NCBI GenBank assembly: GCA_964433555.1
Contig: CAYSRG010000003.1
Coordinates: 80,954 to 144,953, forward strand
Length of the DNA stretch: 64,000 nt
Direction of reading: 5' to 3'
Origin: an uncultured Atribacterota bacterium
GTDB taxonomy: Bacteria; Atribacterota; Phoenicimicrobiia; Phoenicimicrobiales; Stramentimicrobiaceae
Below, one piece after another: positions 30,216 through 38,524 of this stretch; positions within the stretch are counted from its first letter, which is position 1, and each line of letters opens with the position of its first letter. The notes beneath the pieces are model-generated. The model saw only the letters and a list, made by a program, of their open reading frames with translations. It was not told the DNA's origin and searched no databases. The translations under genes were made by a program, and so were the position numbers.

Positions 30216-31616
30216 ATGGATGAAAAGCGAATAAAAATTCTAAGGGATGCACCCCCCACACAGGCCATTCTGAGTTTATCTATTCCAACCATTATGGGCA
30301 TGCTGGTTCAGGTATTCTATAATCTTACCGATACCTTTTTTGTAGGAAAATTAAATGATCCCTTCCAGGTAGCCGCCGTTTCGGTAGCTTTTCCCATCTT
30401 TATGATGTTGATGTCAGTCGCCGGCATGTTCGGATTTGGAGCGGCATCATATATCTCCAGATTGCTGGGGAAAAAAGATTATCTGATGGCCAAAAAGACC
30501 AGCGCAACGGCTTTTTATGCTTGCCTGATTGCAGCGCTATTGGTTACTATCGGAAGTTTGATTTTTATATCACCAATCCTGAAATTAATCGGGGTAACCC
30601 CGGAAACCCAAAGATATGCTTATGAATACCTGTCAATCATATTCCTGGGCAGTACCGTGATGATGACCAAATTTATGCTTACCCAATTACTTCGCTCAGA
30701 GGGAGCAGCAAAGGTAGCCATGATTGGTATGTTTATCGGAACGGGAATCAATATTATTCTTGATCCTATCTTCATCCTGACCTGGGGATATGGTGTAAAA
30801 GGAGCGGCAGTTGCCACCCTGATAGGACAGGCAATCGGTTTACTGTATTATTTCAGTTTTTACATAAAAAAGAAGAGTATCATATCTATTAATTGGAAAT
30901 ATTTTTCTTTACAAAAAGAGATTTATCTGGAAATCTTCAGGATTGGGATTCCCGCATCCATACACACTCTAATGATCAGTATTGCCCAGACAATGGGAAA
31001 TTACGTAGCAGCCAGCTACAATGACATGATCGTAGCAGCTTATGGCATCAATCATCGTATTTTTTCCATGTGCATTATGACTTTAATCGGATTGTCTGAG
31101 GGTACACAGCCCTTGATCGGCTATAGTTATGGCGCCAAAAATATTAAGCGCCTGAATAAGATTATTAAAACAGCCGGTGTTATGGCTACCAGTATCTCCA
31201 TTTTTTTTGTCATATTCTTCTATCTTTTTGCCGGAAAGCTGATTCAAATCTTTATTAATAACCAACAGGTCGTAACCTATGGGATTCAGATTATGCGCGC
31301 CATCATTATTGCGCTGCCTTTTGCGGGTATTCAGTTTCTGATAAGGGTCAGTTTTCAAGCCCTGGGAAAGGGAAGGCCAGCTTTGATCCTTGCCTTAGCC
31401 CGACAGGGCTTATTTTATATTCCCGCTCTTTTTATCCTGAATAGATTCTTTGAATTTTCTGGATTTATTTATGCACAACCATTTGCCAATATTCTCACTT
31501 TTCTGCTAGCAATTACTCTGTTTAATAGGATTAGATGGCAGATTATCAATGAACATCGGGAAGCAGAAAGAAGGGCAGTGGCTACTAAACTAGACGAGTC
31601 TTATTTAGAAACCTAG
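30216..31616 (+). CDS. MATE-family efflux transporter
   Basis: YNLTDTFFVG, NIILDPIFI...GVKGAAVAT, about 12 TM segments. Confidence 0.93.
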   Translation: MDEKRIKILRDAPPTQAILSLSIPTIMGMLVQVFYNLTDTFFVGKLNDPFQVAAVSVAFPIFMMLMSVAGMFGFGAASYISRLLGKKDYLMAKKTSATAFYACLIAALLVTIGSLIFISPILKLIGVTPETQRYAYEYLSIIFLGSTVMMTKFMLTQLLRSEGAAKVAMIGMFIGTGINIILDPIFILTWGYGVKGAAVATLIGQAIGLLYYFSFYIKKKSIISINWKYFSLQKEIYLEIFRIGIPASIHTLMISIAQTMGNYVAASYNDMIVAAYGINHRIFSMCIMTLIGLSEGTQPLIGYSYGAKNIKRLNKIIKTAGVMATSISIFFVIFFYLFAGKLIQIFINNQQVVTYGIQIMRAIIIALPFAGIQFLIRVSFQALGKGRPALILALARQGLFYIPALFILNRFFEFSGFIYAQPFANILTFLLAITLFNRIRWQIINEHREAERRAVATKLDESYLET

Positions 31617-31636
31617 TTACCTCTTTTTTAGATAAA

Positions 31637-31687
31637 AAGCGGGAAACCTTTATTTTTTAAAAAGAGTTAGAGATTTCCCCGCTATTT
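31637..31687. terminator. probable bidirectional terminator between convergent genes
   Basis: AGCGGGAAA...TTTCCCCGCT inverted repeat with A/T flanks. Confidence 0.5.
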
Positions 31688-31803
31688 ACCAGAATATCTA
31701 TCTTTTGATATTTGCTTAAAAATAAAATTTTTGTACTTTATTGCTAAGGTATCTTTTTATTTTGCTTTTATATTAACAACAGTTTTGGTAAAGCTATGTC
31801 TTC

Positions 31804-32247
31804 TTAGCTAATAGTAAAATCTTTAACTGCTATTAAAACATCACCTATATATATCCTTACCTTCCAGTCACCAGTCAGGTTTACCGAATAACGATCCCTA
31901 ATACCAATCCAGTACCAGGAACGATAATTCTGGTAATTTCCTGGTTCCATCCCTAACTTACCCACATGATAAATATTACCCTGTGGGTCTTCCCATTCCC
32001 AGGTAATGTTAAATTCTTCTAAAGAAAAATAATTAAATCTTATCCAGCAAACTACCTTCTCATCCCAGATTGAAAAAGAAGTAGTCTCGAAAATTGGATT
32101 GTTTTCCTCTATATCTTTACACAGGAATATCCTGCCAAGATATTGGGATTCCTGAACTACCTCTTCCGCCTGAATGGATAGAGTGCCTGCTAAAAATATT
32201 ATCAGTAAAATACACCAGTATATGTTAAAGATATTTTTATTATTCAT
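31804..32247 (-). CDS. exported hypothetical protein, beta-rich and Trp-rich (Ig-like?)
   Basis: signal peptide, AGGAGG RBS, ITWEW.DPQG...GDWKVRIY pattern. Confidence 0.7.
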   Translation of the reverse strand: MNNKNIFNIYWCILLIIFLAGTLSIQAEEVVQESQYLGRIFLCKDIEENNPIFETTSFSIWDEKVVCWIRFNYFSLEEFNITWEWEDPQGNIYHVGKLGMEPGNYQNYRSWYWIGIRDRYSVNLTGDWKVRIYIGDVLIAVKDFTIS

Positions 32248-32574
32248 TTTCCCCTCCTATAGATTTTATTTTAATGCCTCTCTTATATTTTACCAGAATT
32301 TAAAAATGAAGAATATTTTTCTTTTTGAATTATTTACCATTATTTTTCTTACCCCAATTTCTACTCCTCAATATTAATTTTATAATTACTTACGTTTTAT
32401 TGCAAACCATATTATCAAGAAATACGTTAAAATATCGTCTCAGTAGGCTCGATTTTACTCTCTAATAATATAAAGCTGATATTACCCCTGATACCCATAG
32501 GTGCGCCTTTAAACTTTAAATAATATAAAAAAGTGTGCAGTTTTAATTTTTAATTGACACCAGAAAAAAATTAT

Positions 32575-32603
32575 TTGACATATGCTGGGTTTTTTAGTAC
32601 AAT
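32575..32603 (+). promoter_or_regulatory. sigma70 promoter of the ilv leader
   Basis: TTGACA-17-TACAAT. Confidence 0.8.
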
Positions 32604-32627
32604 CCATAGAAATTTAATATATCCTAA

Positions 32628-32882
32628 AATAGAAGACAGTTAGGCAAAGCAATGAACTAAAGAGAGCCAGAAAATGGTGTGAACTGGTAGTTCTACTTTG
32701 TTGAGAATCACTTCTATTATCTAAACTGACCATCAAATAAATCCCGTCGCATTTTTAATGCGTTATGCCAATTAAGTAGTATAAAGAAATATTATTTTCT
32801 TTATCAAATTAGGGTGGTACCACGAATCCTTCGTCCCTATTTTAATTAGTAAGATTAAAATGGGAAGAAGGATTTTTTTATT
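32628..32882 (+). ncRNA. T-box riboswitch, probable Ile (AUC) specifier
   Basis: stem I ATAGAAG...CTTCTAT with AGAGA (32661) and GGTGTGA (32676) boxes; ATC at 32707-32709; T-box AATTAGGGTGGTACCACG (32807-32824); terminator AATCCTTC...GAAGGATT plus T-run. Confidence 0.92.
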
Positions 32883-32885
32883 TTC

Positions 32886-33033
32886 GGGAGTATGCCTAGG
32901 GTTCCGTTTTTATTAAAAGTCTGGACCAAGTGGCATAAAATGCGTTTCAGATAAAACGTATTACACCGTGGGTAAAAAAGACCCCAGCGGATAGGTCCCA
33001 ATATTTACAATTAAGGAACTATCTCTGGGGTTT
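32886..33033 (+). ncRNA. ykkC-class riboswitch, probable ppGpp subtype (2a), with its terminator
   Basis: TATGCCTAGGGTTCCG...GTCTGGACCAAGTGGCATA...ACACCGTGGG.AAAA.ACCCCAGCGGATAGG; the 3' end can pair with CTATCTCTGGGGT to form a terminator; upstream of ilv genes. Confidence 0.85.
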
Positions 33034-33214
33034 AACTATATCTATTAATGTTAAATTAAGGAATCAATGTGCTCGATTATATTTTATGGCTGGGGATATA
33101 ATTCCTATAAATTTTTACACCTTAGCTAACTGAGATAAATAGTATTTATTATAAAAGAATACTAAAAACAAGATATGGAAAAGATTAATTAATATTACAC
33201 TTGAACTTAATTTT

Positions 33215-33250
33215 AGGGATTCTCAAGAGGAAGTAGTCCCCTTGTATATT
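33215..33250 (+). repeat. 36-bp hairpin-forming repeat, copy 1
   Basis: AGGGATTCTCAAGAGGAAGTAGTCCCCTTGTATATT, 31/36 identical to 36732-36767. Confidence 0.7.
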
Positions 33251-33323
33251 CTAACGGATTGAGATTTATGGTAATTACTAAAAACAACAAAAATAAAAAT
33301 ATCTTTAATAAGGAGGGATAGTT

Positions 33324-35000
33324 GTGAAACTAAGTGGGACCGAAATTATTGTGGAATGTCTAAAGAGAGAGAAAGTCGAGGTGGTTTTCGGGATTCCCGG
33401 AGGTGCTATTATACCTCTTTATGACACTATTTACCAAAAAGCCTCCTTCACTCATATCTTGACCAAACATGAACAGGGGGCAGCACATGCCGCTGACGGC
33501 TATGCCAGAGCAACTGGTAAGGTAGGAGTATGTTTCGCCACCTCCGGTCCGGGAGCTACCAACCTGGTAACTGGCCTAGCTAATGCCTATTTAGATTCTA
33601 TACCAATAGTTGCTTTCACCGGACAGGTTATTTCACCATTTATCGGTACAGATGCTTTCCAGGAGGTAGATATTACCGGCATCACTCTCCCTATCACCAA
33701 GCACAATTATCTAGTAATGAATATTAAAGACCTTGCTTCTACTATCAAAGAGGCATTTTATTTGGCAAAAAATGGGAGACCAGGACCAGTTTTAATTGAC
33801 TTACCCAAAGATGTTCAGCTTGCCCGAACAGATTTTTCTTATCCGGAAAAGGATAAATGCACCGGTTATCGGCCAATATTAAAAGGAAATTTAAATCAAA
33901 TTAAAAAAGCGGCTCTGGCTACTCAGAAAGCGAAAAGACCAATTATTTATGCCGGTGGAGGAATAATCAACTCCAATGCTACCCAAGAACTACAAGATTT
34001 TGTTCAAAAAACAAATATTCCTATCACTACTACTTTGATGGGATTAGGAAGTTTCCCCGAAGAACACAGCTTAGCGCTAGGCATGCTGGGAATGCATGGT
34101 ACATATTATGCTAATACTGCCATAAGTGAAGCAGATTTAGTCATAGCCTTGGGAACTCGTTTTGATGACCGGGTAATCGGAAGCGGTAAAGATTTCTGTC
34201 CTGATGCCAAATTTATTCATGTAGATATTGATCCAGCTGAAATCAGTAAAAATGTTAGAGTAGATATTCCTATTGTGGGAGACCTGAAATATGTTTTGAC
34301 TAAACTAATACAATTTACAGAATCCAAACAGGAAAAGGATTGGGTAGATAGAGTGGCTCATTTAAAACAAAGTTACCCTTTACAATACCACCATGATGAT
34401 CAGTTAAGGCCCCAATATATTATTGAAAAATTATATGAATCAACCAAAGAGAATTCTATTATTGTGACTGATGTTGGTCAACACCAGATGTGGGTTGCCC
34501 AATATTATCAATTCAACTACCCTCGAAGCTTTATCACCTCAGGAGGATTGGGAACAATGGGATTTGGTCTACCAGCAGCTATAGGTGCTCAAATCGGATG
34601 TCCAGAGAAAAGAGTCTTTTGCATAGCGGGAGATGGTGGATTTCAGATGAATATCCAGGAATTAGCTACTGCCATTTATAACAAAATACCCATTGTAGTT
34701 TTGATTATGAATAATGGTTATCTGGGTATGGTTCGCCAATGGCAGGAATTATTCTTTGGAAAAAGATATTCCTCAACCAACCTGGAAGGTAGTCCTAACT
34801 TTGCTCAGGTTGCTCAGGTTTATGGTGGAAAAGGAATAAGAGTTTCCAGGATTGAAGATTTCAACACTGCTCTGGTTCAAGCATTGTCCGAAAGAACCTT
34901 TTTCTTAATAGATTGCCTCATTCCATCCGAAGAAAATGTATTTCCTATGGTGGCACCCGGCGAATCAATTAATAAAATGTTAGGAGTGAATGAATCATGA
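33324..35000 (+). CDS. ilvB: acetolactate synthase large subunit
   Basis: FGIPGGA, HEQGAAHAADGYAR, TSGPGATN, DVGQHQMW, GDGGFQMN, LGMVRQWQ. Confidence 0.97.
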   Translation: MKLSGTEIIVECLKREKVEVVFGIPGGAIIPLYDTIYQKASFTHILTKHEQGAAHAADGYARATGKVGVCFATSGPGATNLVTGLANAYLDSIPIVAFTGQVISPFIGTDAFQEVDITGITLPITKHNYLVMNIKDLASTIKEAFYLAKNGRPGPVLIDLPKDVQLARTDFSYPEKDKCTGYRPILKGNLNQIKKAALATQKAKRPIIYAGGGIINSNATQELQDFVQKTNIPITTTLMGLGSFPEEHSLALGMLGMHGTYYANTAISEADLVIALGTRFDDRVIGSGKDFCPDAKFIHVDIDPAEISKNVRVDIPIVGDLKYVLTKLIQFTESKQEKDWVDRVAHLKQSYPLQYHHDDQLRPQYIIEKLYESTKENSIIVTDVGQHQMWVAQYYQFNYPRSFITSGGLGTMGFGLPAAIGAQIGCPEKRVFCIAGDGGFQMNIQELATAIYNKIPIVVLIMNNGYLGMVRQWQELFFGKRYSSTNLEGSPNFAQVAQVYGGKGIRVSRIEDFNTALVQALSERTFFLIDCLIPSEENVFPMVAPGESINKMLGVNES

Positions 35001-35491
35001 AACATACCATTGCTATTCTAGTAAAAGATCATCCCGGAGTATTGGCACGTGTTTCCAGTCTCTTTAATCGCAGAAGATTTAATATAGATAGTATCGCAGC
35101 AGGGCATTCAGAAAAGAAAGGCATCACTAGAATTACCATTGTAACAGAAGGAGATGAGCATATTCTGGAGCAAATTACTAAGCAGCTTAATAAATTGGTT
35201 GATGTTATAAGGGTAAGAGATCTTCCCAGGGATATTTCAGTAGAAAGAGAATTAGCTTTAATTAAAGTAAGCACCAAATCGGTTGATCAGAGAACTGAAA
35301 TCATGCAACTGGTCGATACTTTCCGGGGACATATTGTAGATATTGAGAAACAGGCTCTCACTATTGAAATCACTGGAACACAAGAAAAAATAAATGCCAA
35401 ATTAAAATTACTGGAATCTTTTGGTATTTTAGAAATTGCCCGTACTGGTAAAATATCTCTTTCCAGGGGAGCACAAAGAATCTTAAATTAA
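34997..35491 (+). CDS. ilvN: acetolactate synthase small subunit
   Basis: ACT domain [37 protein letters not shown]. Confidence 0.96.
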   Translation: MKHTIAILVKDHPGVLARVSSLFNRRRFNIDSIAAGHSEKKGITRITIVTEGDEHILEQITKQLNKLVDVIRVRDLPRDISVERELALIKVSTKSVDQRTEIMQLVDTFRGHIVDIEKQALTIEITGTQEKINAKLKLLESFGILEIARTGKISLSRGAQRILN

Positions 35492-35534
35492 TGCTTATCA
35501 ATTAAAAATAAAAATTATAAGGAGGAACTGTAAT

Positions 35535-36533
35535 ATGGCAAAAATTTATTATGATGAGGATGCTGACAAGAGTTATTTACAGAACAAAACTGTAGCAATC
35601 ATTGGTTATGGAAGTCAGGGAAGGAGTCAAGCTCTAAATCTTAAGGACAGTGGAATTAATGTTGTAGTGGGACTAAGAGAAAATGGTAAATCATGGTCAA
35701 AAGCAAAAAATGATGGCTTAAGGGTAGAGAGCATTGAGAAGGCTGTGCAACAAGCAGATATTGTACAGATTTTAATACCAGATGAAGTCCAGCCACAGAT
35801 TTGCCGCTCAAACAGGATTCTGGAAAATCTGAAAGAAGGAAACACTTTGATGTTTTCACATGGGTTCAATATTCACTTTAAACAGATTATACCACCTGAA
35901 TATGTTGATGTTATAATGGTTGCCCCAAAAGGACCTGGAGCCATTGTCAGAAAGATGTATGTTGAAGGACGTGGTGTGCCTAACTTGATTGCGGTGCATC
36001 AGGACTTCACCAATCATGCTAAAGATACGGCTCTAGCTTACTCTCAGGCTATTGGCGGAACTCGTGCCGGTGCAATTAAAACCACCTTTCAGGAAGAAAC
36101 TGAAACTGATCTATTTGGAGAACAGGCTGTTTTATGCGGAGGCGTGGTAGCTTTAATTCAAGCCGGTTTTGATACTCTTGTGGAAGCAGGTTATCAACCT
36201 GAAGTAGCCTATTTTGAATGCTTAAATGAATTAAAATTAATTGTTGATCTTATCTACGCCGGCGGAATCACCCATATGCGTGATAATGTCAGTAATACTG
36301 CAGAATATGGTGACTTAAAATCAGGTAAACGTATTATTACTGAGGAAACCAGAAAAGAAATGAAAAAATTATTAGCGGAAATCCAGAATGGCTCTTTTGC
36401 TAGAGAATGGCTTCTGGAAAACCAGGTAGGGAGACCATTCTTTAGAGCTATGAGGGATAAAGAGTCTAATTTTCTCATTGAAAAAGTAGGCGAGAAGATA
36501 CGTGCCATGATACCCTGGATTAAGGAAGGATAA
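35535..36533 (+). CDS. ilvC: ketol-acid reductoisomerase
   Basis: [39 protein letters not shown]. Confidence 0.97.
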   Translation: MAKIYYDEDADKSYLQNKTVAIIGYGSQGRSQALNLKDSGINVVVGLRENGKSWSKAKNDGLRVESIEKAVQQADIVQILIPDEVQPQICRSNRILENLKEGNTLMFSHGFNIHFKQIIPPEYVDVIMVAPKGPGAIVRKMYVEGRGVPNLIAVHQDFTNHAKDTALAYSQAIGGTRAGAIKTTFQEETETDLFGEQAVLCGGVVALIQAGFDTLVEAGYQPEVAYFECLNELKLIVDLIYAGGITHMRDNVSNTAEYGDLKSGKRIITEETRKEMKKLLAEIQNGSFAREWLLENQVGRPFFRAMRDKESNFLIEKVGEKIRAMIPWIKEG

Positions 36534-36593
36534 TCTTTTTTTAATAAATAGTGAAACGAAACTATTAAATTCTATTTTTTAAATAAATCATAT

Positions 36594-36634
36594 TTAGGAT
36601 AATTAAGGGGAAGAATTCCCCTTAATTATCCTAA
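36594..36634. terminator. perfect 19-bp hairpin downstream of ilvC (core shared with the 36-bp repeat)
   Basis: TTAGGATAATTAAGGGGAA-GAA-TTCCCCTTAATTATCCTAA between convergent genes. Confidence 0.7.
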
Positions 36635-36731
36635 GGACAGTTAATACCTGAGAATACCACTCCTCGGGATAATCAGCATAAATAGGATATAAATAATTTA
36701 TATAATACTAACTTAATTAACAGGATATCTA

Positions 36732-36767
36732 AGGGATTCTCAAGGGGAAGAATTCCCTTTGAATATT
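36732..36767 (+). repeat. 36-bp hairpin-forming repeat, copy 2
   Basis: AGGGATTCTCAAGGGGAAGAATTCCCTTTGAATATT. Confidence 0.7.
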
Positions 36768-37182
36768 AGCTTTGACTTTCTGGTGTTAAAGCATTTTCAA
36801 TAGATTTCAAAATTGCTTTTGTATTAACGGTAGCGCCGGAAACTGTATCAATCTGCAGTGACTGTTTTTCTTTTACCAGTTGAAATACCTTTTCACCAAG
36901 AGCATTCATTCCTGACCAATCAGAAGCTTTAACCATTTTAATATCAGTTATGGTATGATCTTTAACTGTTACTGCCAACTCATTTTTCCAGCGTCCCCCG
37001 GTAAATGAACCTTGATAAACTCCATCTTTTAACTTACTCAAATCTATATCATTAATTACCATCTTCCTATATTTACTCATACTCTGAGTGGCATAGATGA
37101 AACCACCTAAACCGATTACTAGAATTGCTAAGACAATATAACCGAGAATTCTTAACATTTTATTTTTGATCCCTCCAAACAT
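36766..37182 (-). CDS. membrane-anchored FMN-binding protein
   Basis: N-terminal TM, DGVYQGS, flavinylation motif DTVSGAT. Confidence 0.9.
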   Translation of the reverse strand: MFGGIKNKMLRILGYIVLAILVIGLGGFIYATQSMSKYRKMVINDIDLSKLKDGVYQGSFTGGRWKNELAVTVKDHTITDIKMVKASDWSGMNALGEKVFQLVKEKQSLQIDTVSGATVNTKAILKSIENALTPESQS

Positions 37183-37205
37183 TTTTTTACTCCTTGACAG
37201 TATTA

Positions 37206-38204
37206 TTAAAATTGATATAAATTATAACCTTCTTCAATCAATTGAAATTTACTTAGTATACCGCAAGAAAAATATATTTGTCTATGATTATTTATCATAA
37301 TTGCTTCTACATCAGCATAATGACAGAGCAAATTTTTTCCTTCTTCCAGTCCTGCTATAAAAATAGCAGTAGATAGTACATCAGCCAGCATTGCATCGGG
37401 ATGAATAATGGTAACACTAGTCAATCCACTATTTGATGGGTAACCAGTAAATGGATTTAGGATATGATGATACTTCCGATTATTCTCCAAATAAAAACGC
37501 TCATAATTCCCGGAGGTGACTACAGAGGTGTCACTAACCGCAACAATTGCCAGACACTTACCTCTCTCCTGTTCAGGATCTTGTATTCCTACCTGCCATA
37601 ATTTACCATCTTCTCGTTTGCCAAGTACAGCTACGTTTCCTCCTAGATTAACCATTGCGGAATGAAGGCGATTTTTCCGATAAAGTTCTATCACACAATT
37701 AGCTATATAACCCTTTGCTATTCCTCCTAGGTCTATTTTCTGTTTTTCTTTCTGTAACTTCACCCTACCCTTTTCTTCCTCTATCAGTATATCCTCATAA
37801 TTTATCTTTGTTAAAGCCTCTTCTATTAAATGGTAAGGCGGAAGCTGCCCTTCTTTACCATATTGTTGCCAGAGATTAACCAATAAGGCTATGGTGATAT
37901 CAAATAGCCCTTTAGTGAGACGAGCATATCTCTTTGCTTCTTTTATTACAAAAAGAAGCTCAGGAGAAACTGAAGTCCATGCTTTTCCAGCTCGCTGGTT
38001 TATTTGGCTTATCTGGCTATTTATATTATAAAAACTCATTATTTTTTCTAATCTATCAATCAACTTAGTTACTTCTTTAATTATCTCTACGGTCTCAGCC
38101 TTTGAAAAACTAATCTTCTGATAAATCAAAGTGCCCAATGCACAGCTGAAGTGAGAACTTGCTTTATAGTTCATGTTATTCTGGTTAATATTAGTATGAG
38201 ACAT
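37206..38204 (-). CDS. apbE: FAD:protein FMN transferase
   Basis: FDITI, DLGGIAKGY, NLGGN, VVTSGNYERF, HHILNP.TGYP, AD.LSTA. Confidence 0.93.
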   Translation of the reverse strand: MSHTNINQNNMNYKASSHFSCALGTLIYQKISFSKAETVEIIKEVTKLIDRLEKIMSFYNINSQISQINQRAGKAWTSVSPELLFVIKEAKRYARLTKGLFDITIALLVNLWQQYGKEGQLPPYHLIEEALTKINYEDILIEEEKGRVKLQKEKQKIDLGGIAKGYIANCVIELYRKNRLHSAMVNLGGNVAVLGKREDGKLWQVGIQDPEQERGKCLAIVAVSDTSVVTSGNYERFYLENNRKYHHILNPFTGYPSNSGLTSVTIIHPDAMLADVLSTAIFIAGLEEGKNLLCHYADVEAIMINNHRQIYFSCGILSKFQLIEEGYNLYQF

Positions 38205-38524
38205 CAGCTTCTCTATTCTTTCTTTTTTCTAATTACCTGTTAATTAAATTCTAATAACATTTGATTGATTATAGCATATATTTTTCATTACAATATATTC
38301 AACTAAAAATAATAGCTCATTTAAAAAAGCCTCATCTGATAATGTTTCCTCATACCTGGAACCTCGAGCAAATAATACTGATTTTTCACATCTTAATCTT
38401 TTCAACTAAACGAATAGAGCCGCCAATGATAACATATTTAACATACTTCCAGATATTGACTTTACATATGACCTCAATCTAACTTATAATTATTAATAAA
38501 CAAATAATAAGAAATCTAAAAAGT

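Noticed and set aside
32430-32530. GC-richer patch upstream of the ilv promoter as a structured RNA or origin
   Set aside because: No convincing pairing or recognisable family motif
36594-36767. 36-bp palindromic repeats as a CRISPR array
   Set aside because: Only two nearby copies, ~100 bp apart and divergent, third copy 3.4 kb away; no regular spacers and no cas genes
38261-38482. 73-aa ORF upstream of the GGDEF gene, and 32174-32377 ORF
   Set aside because: Low-complexity AT-rich frames in promoter regions with no RBS or homology cues
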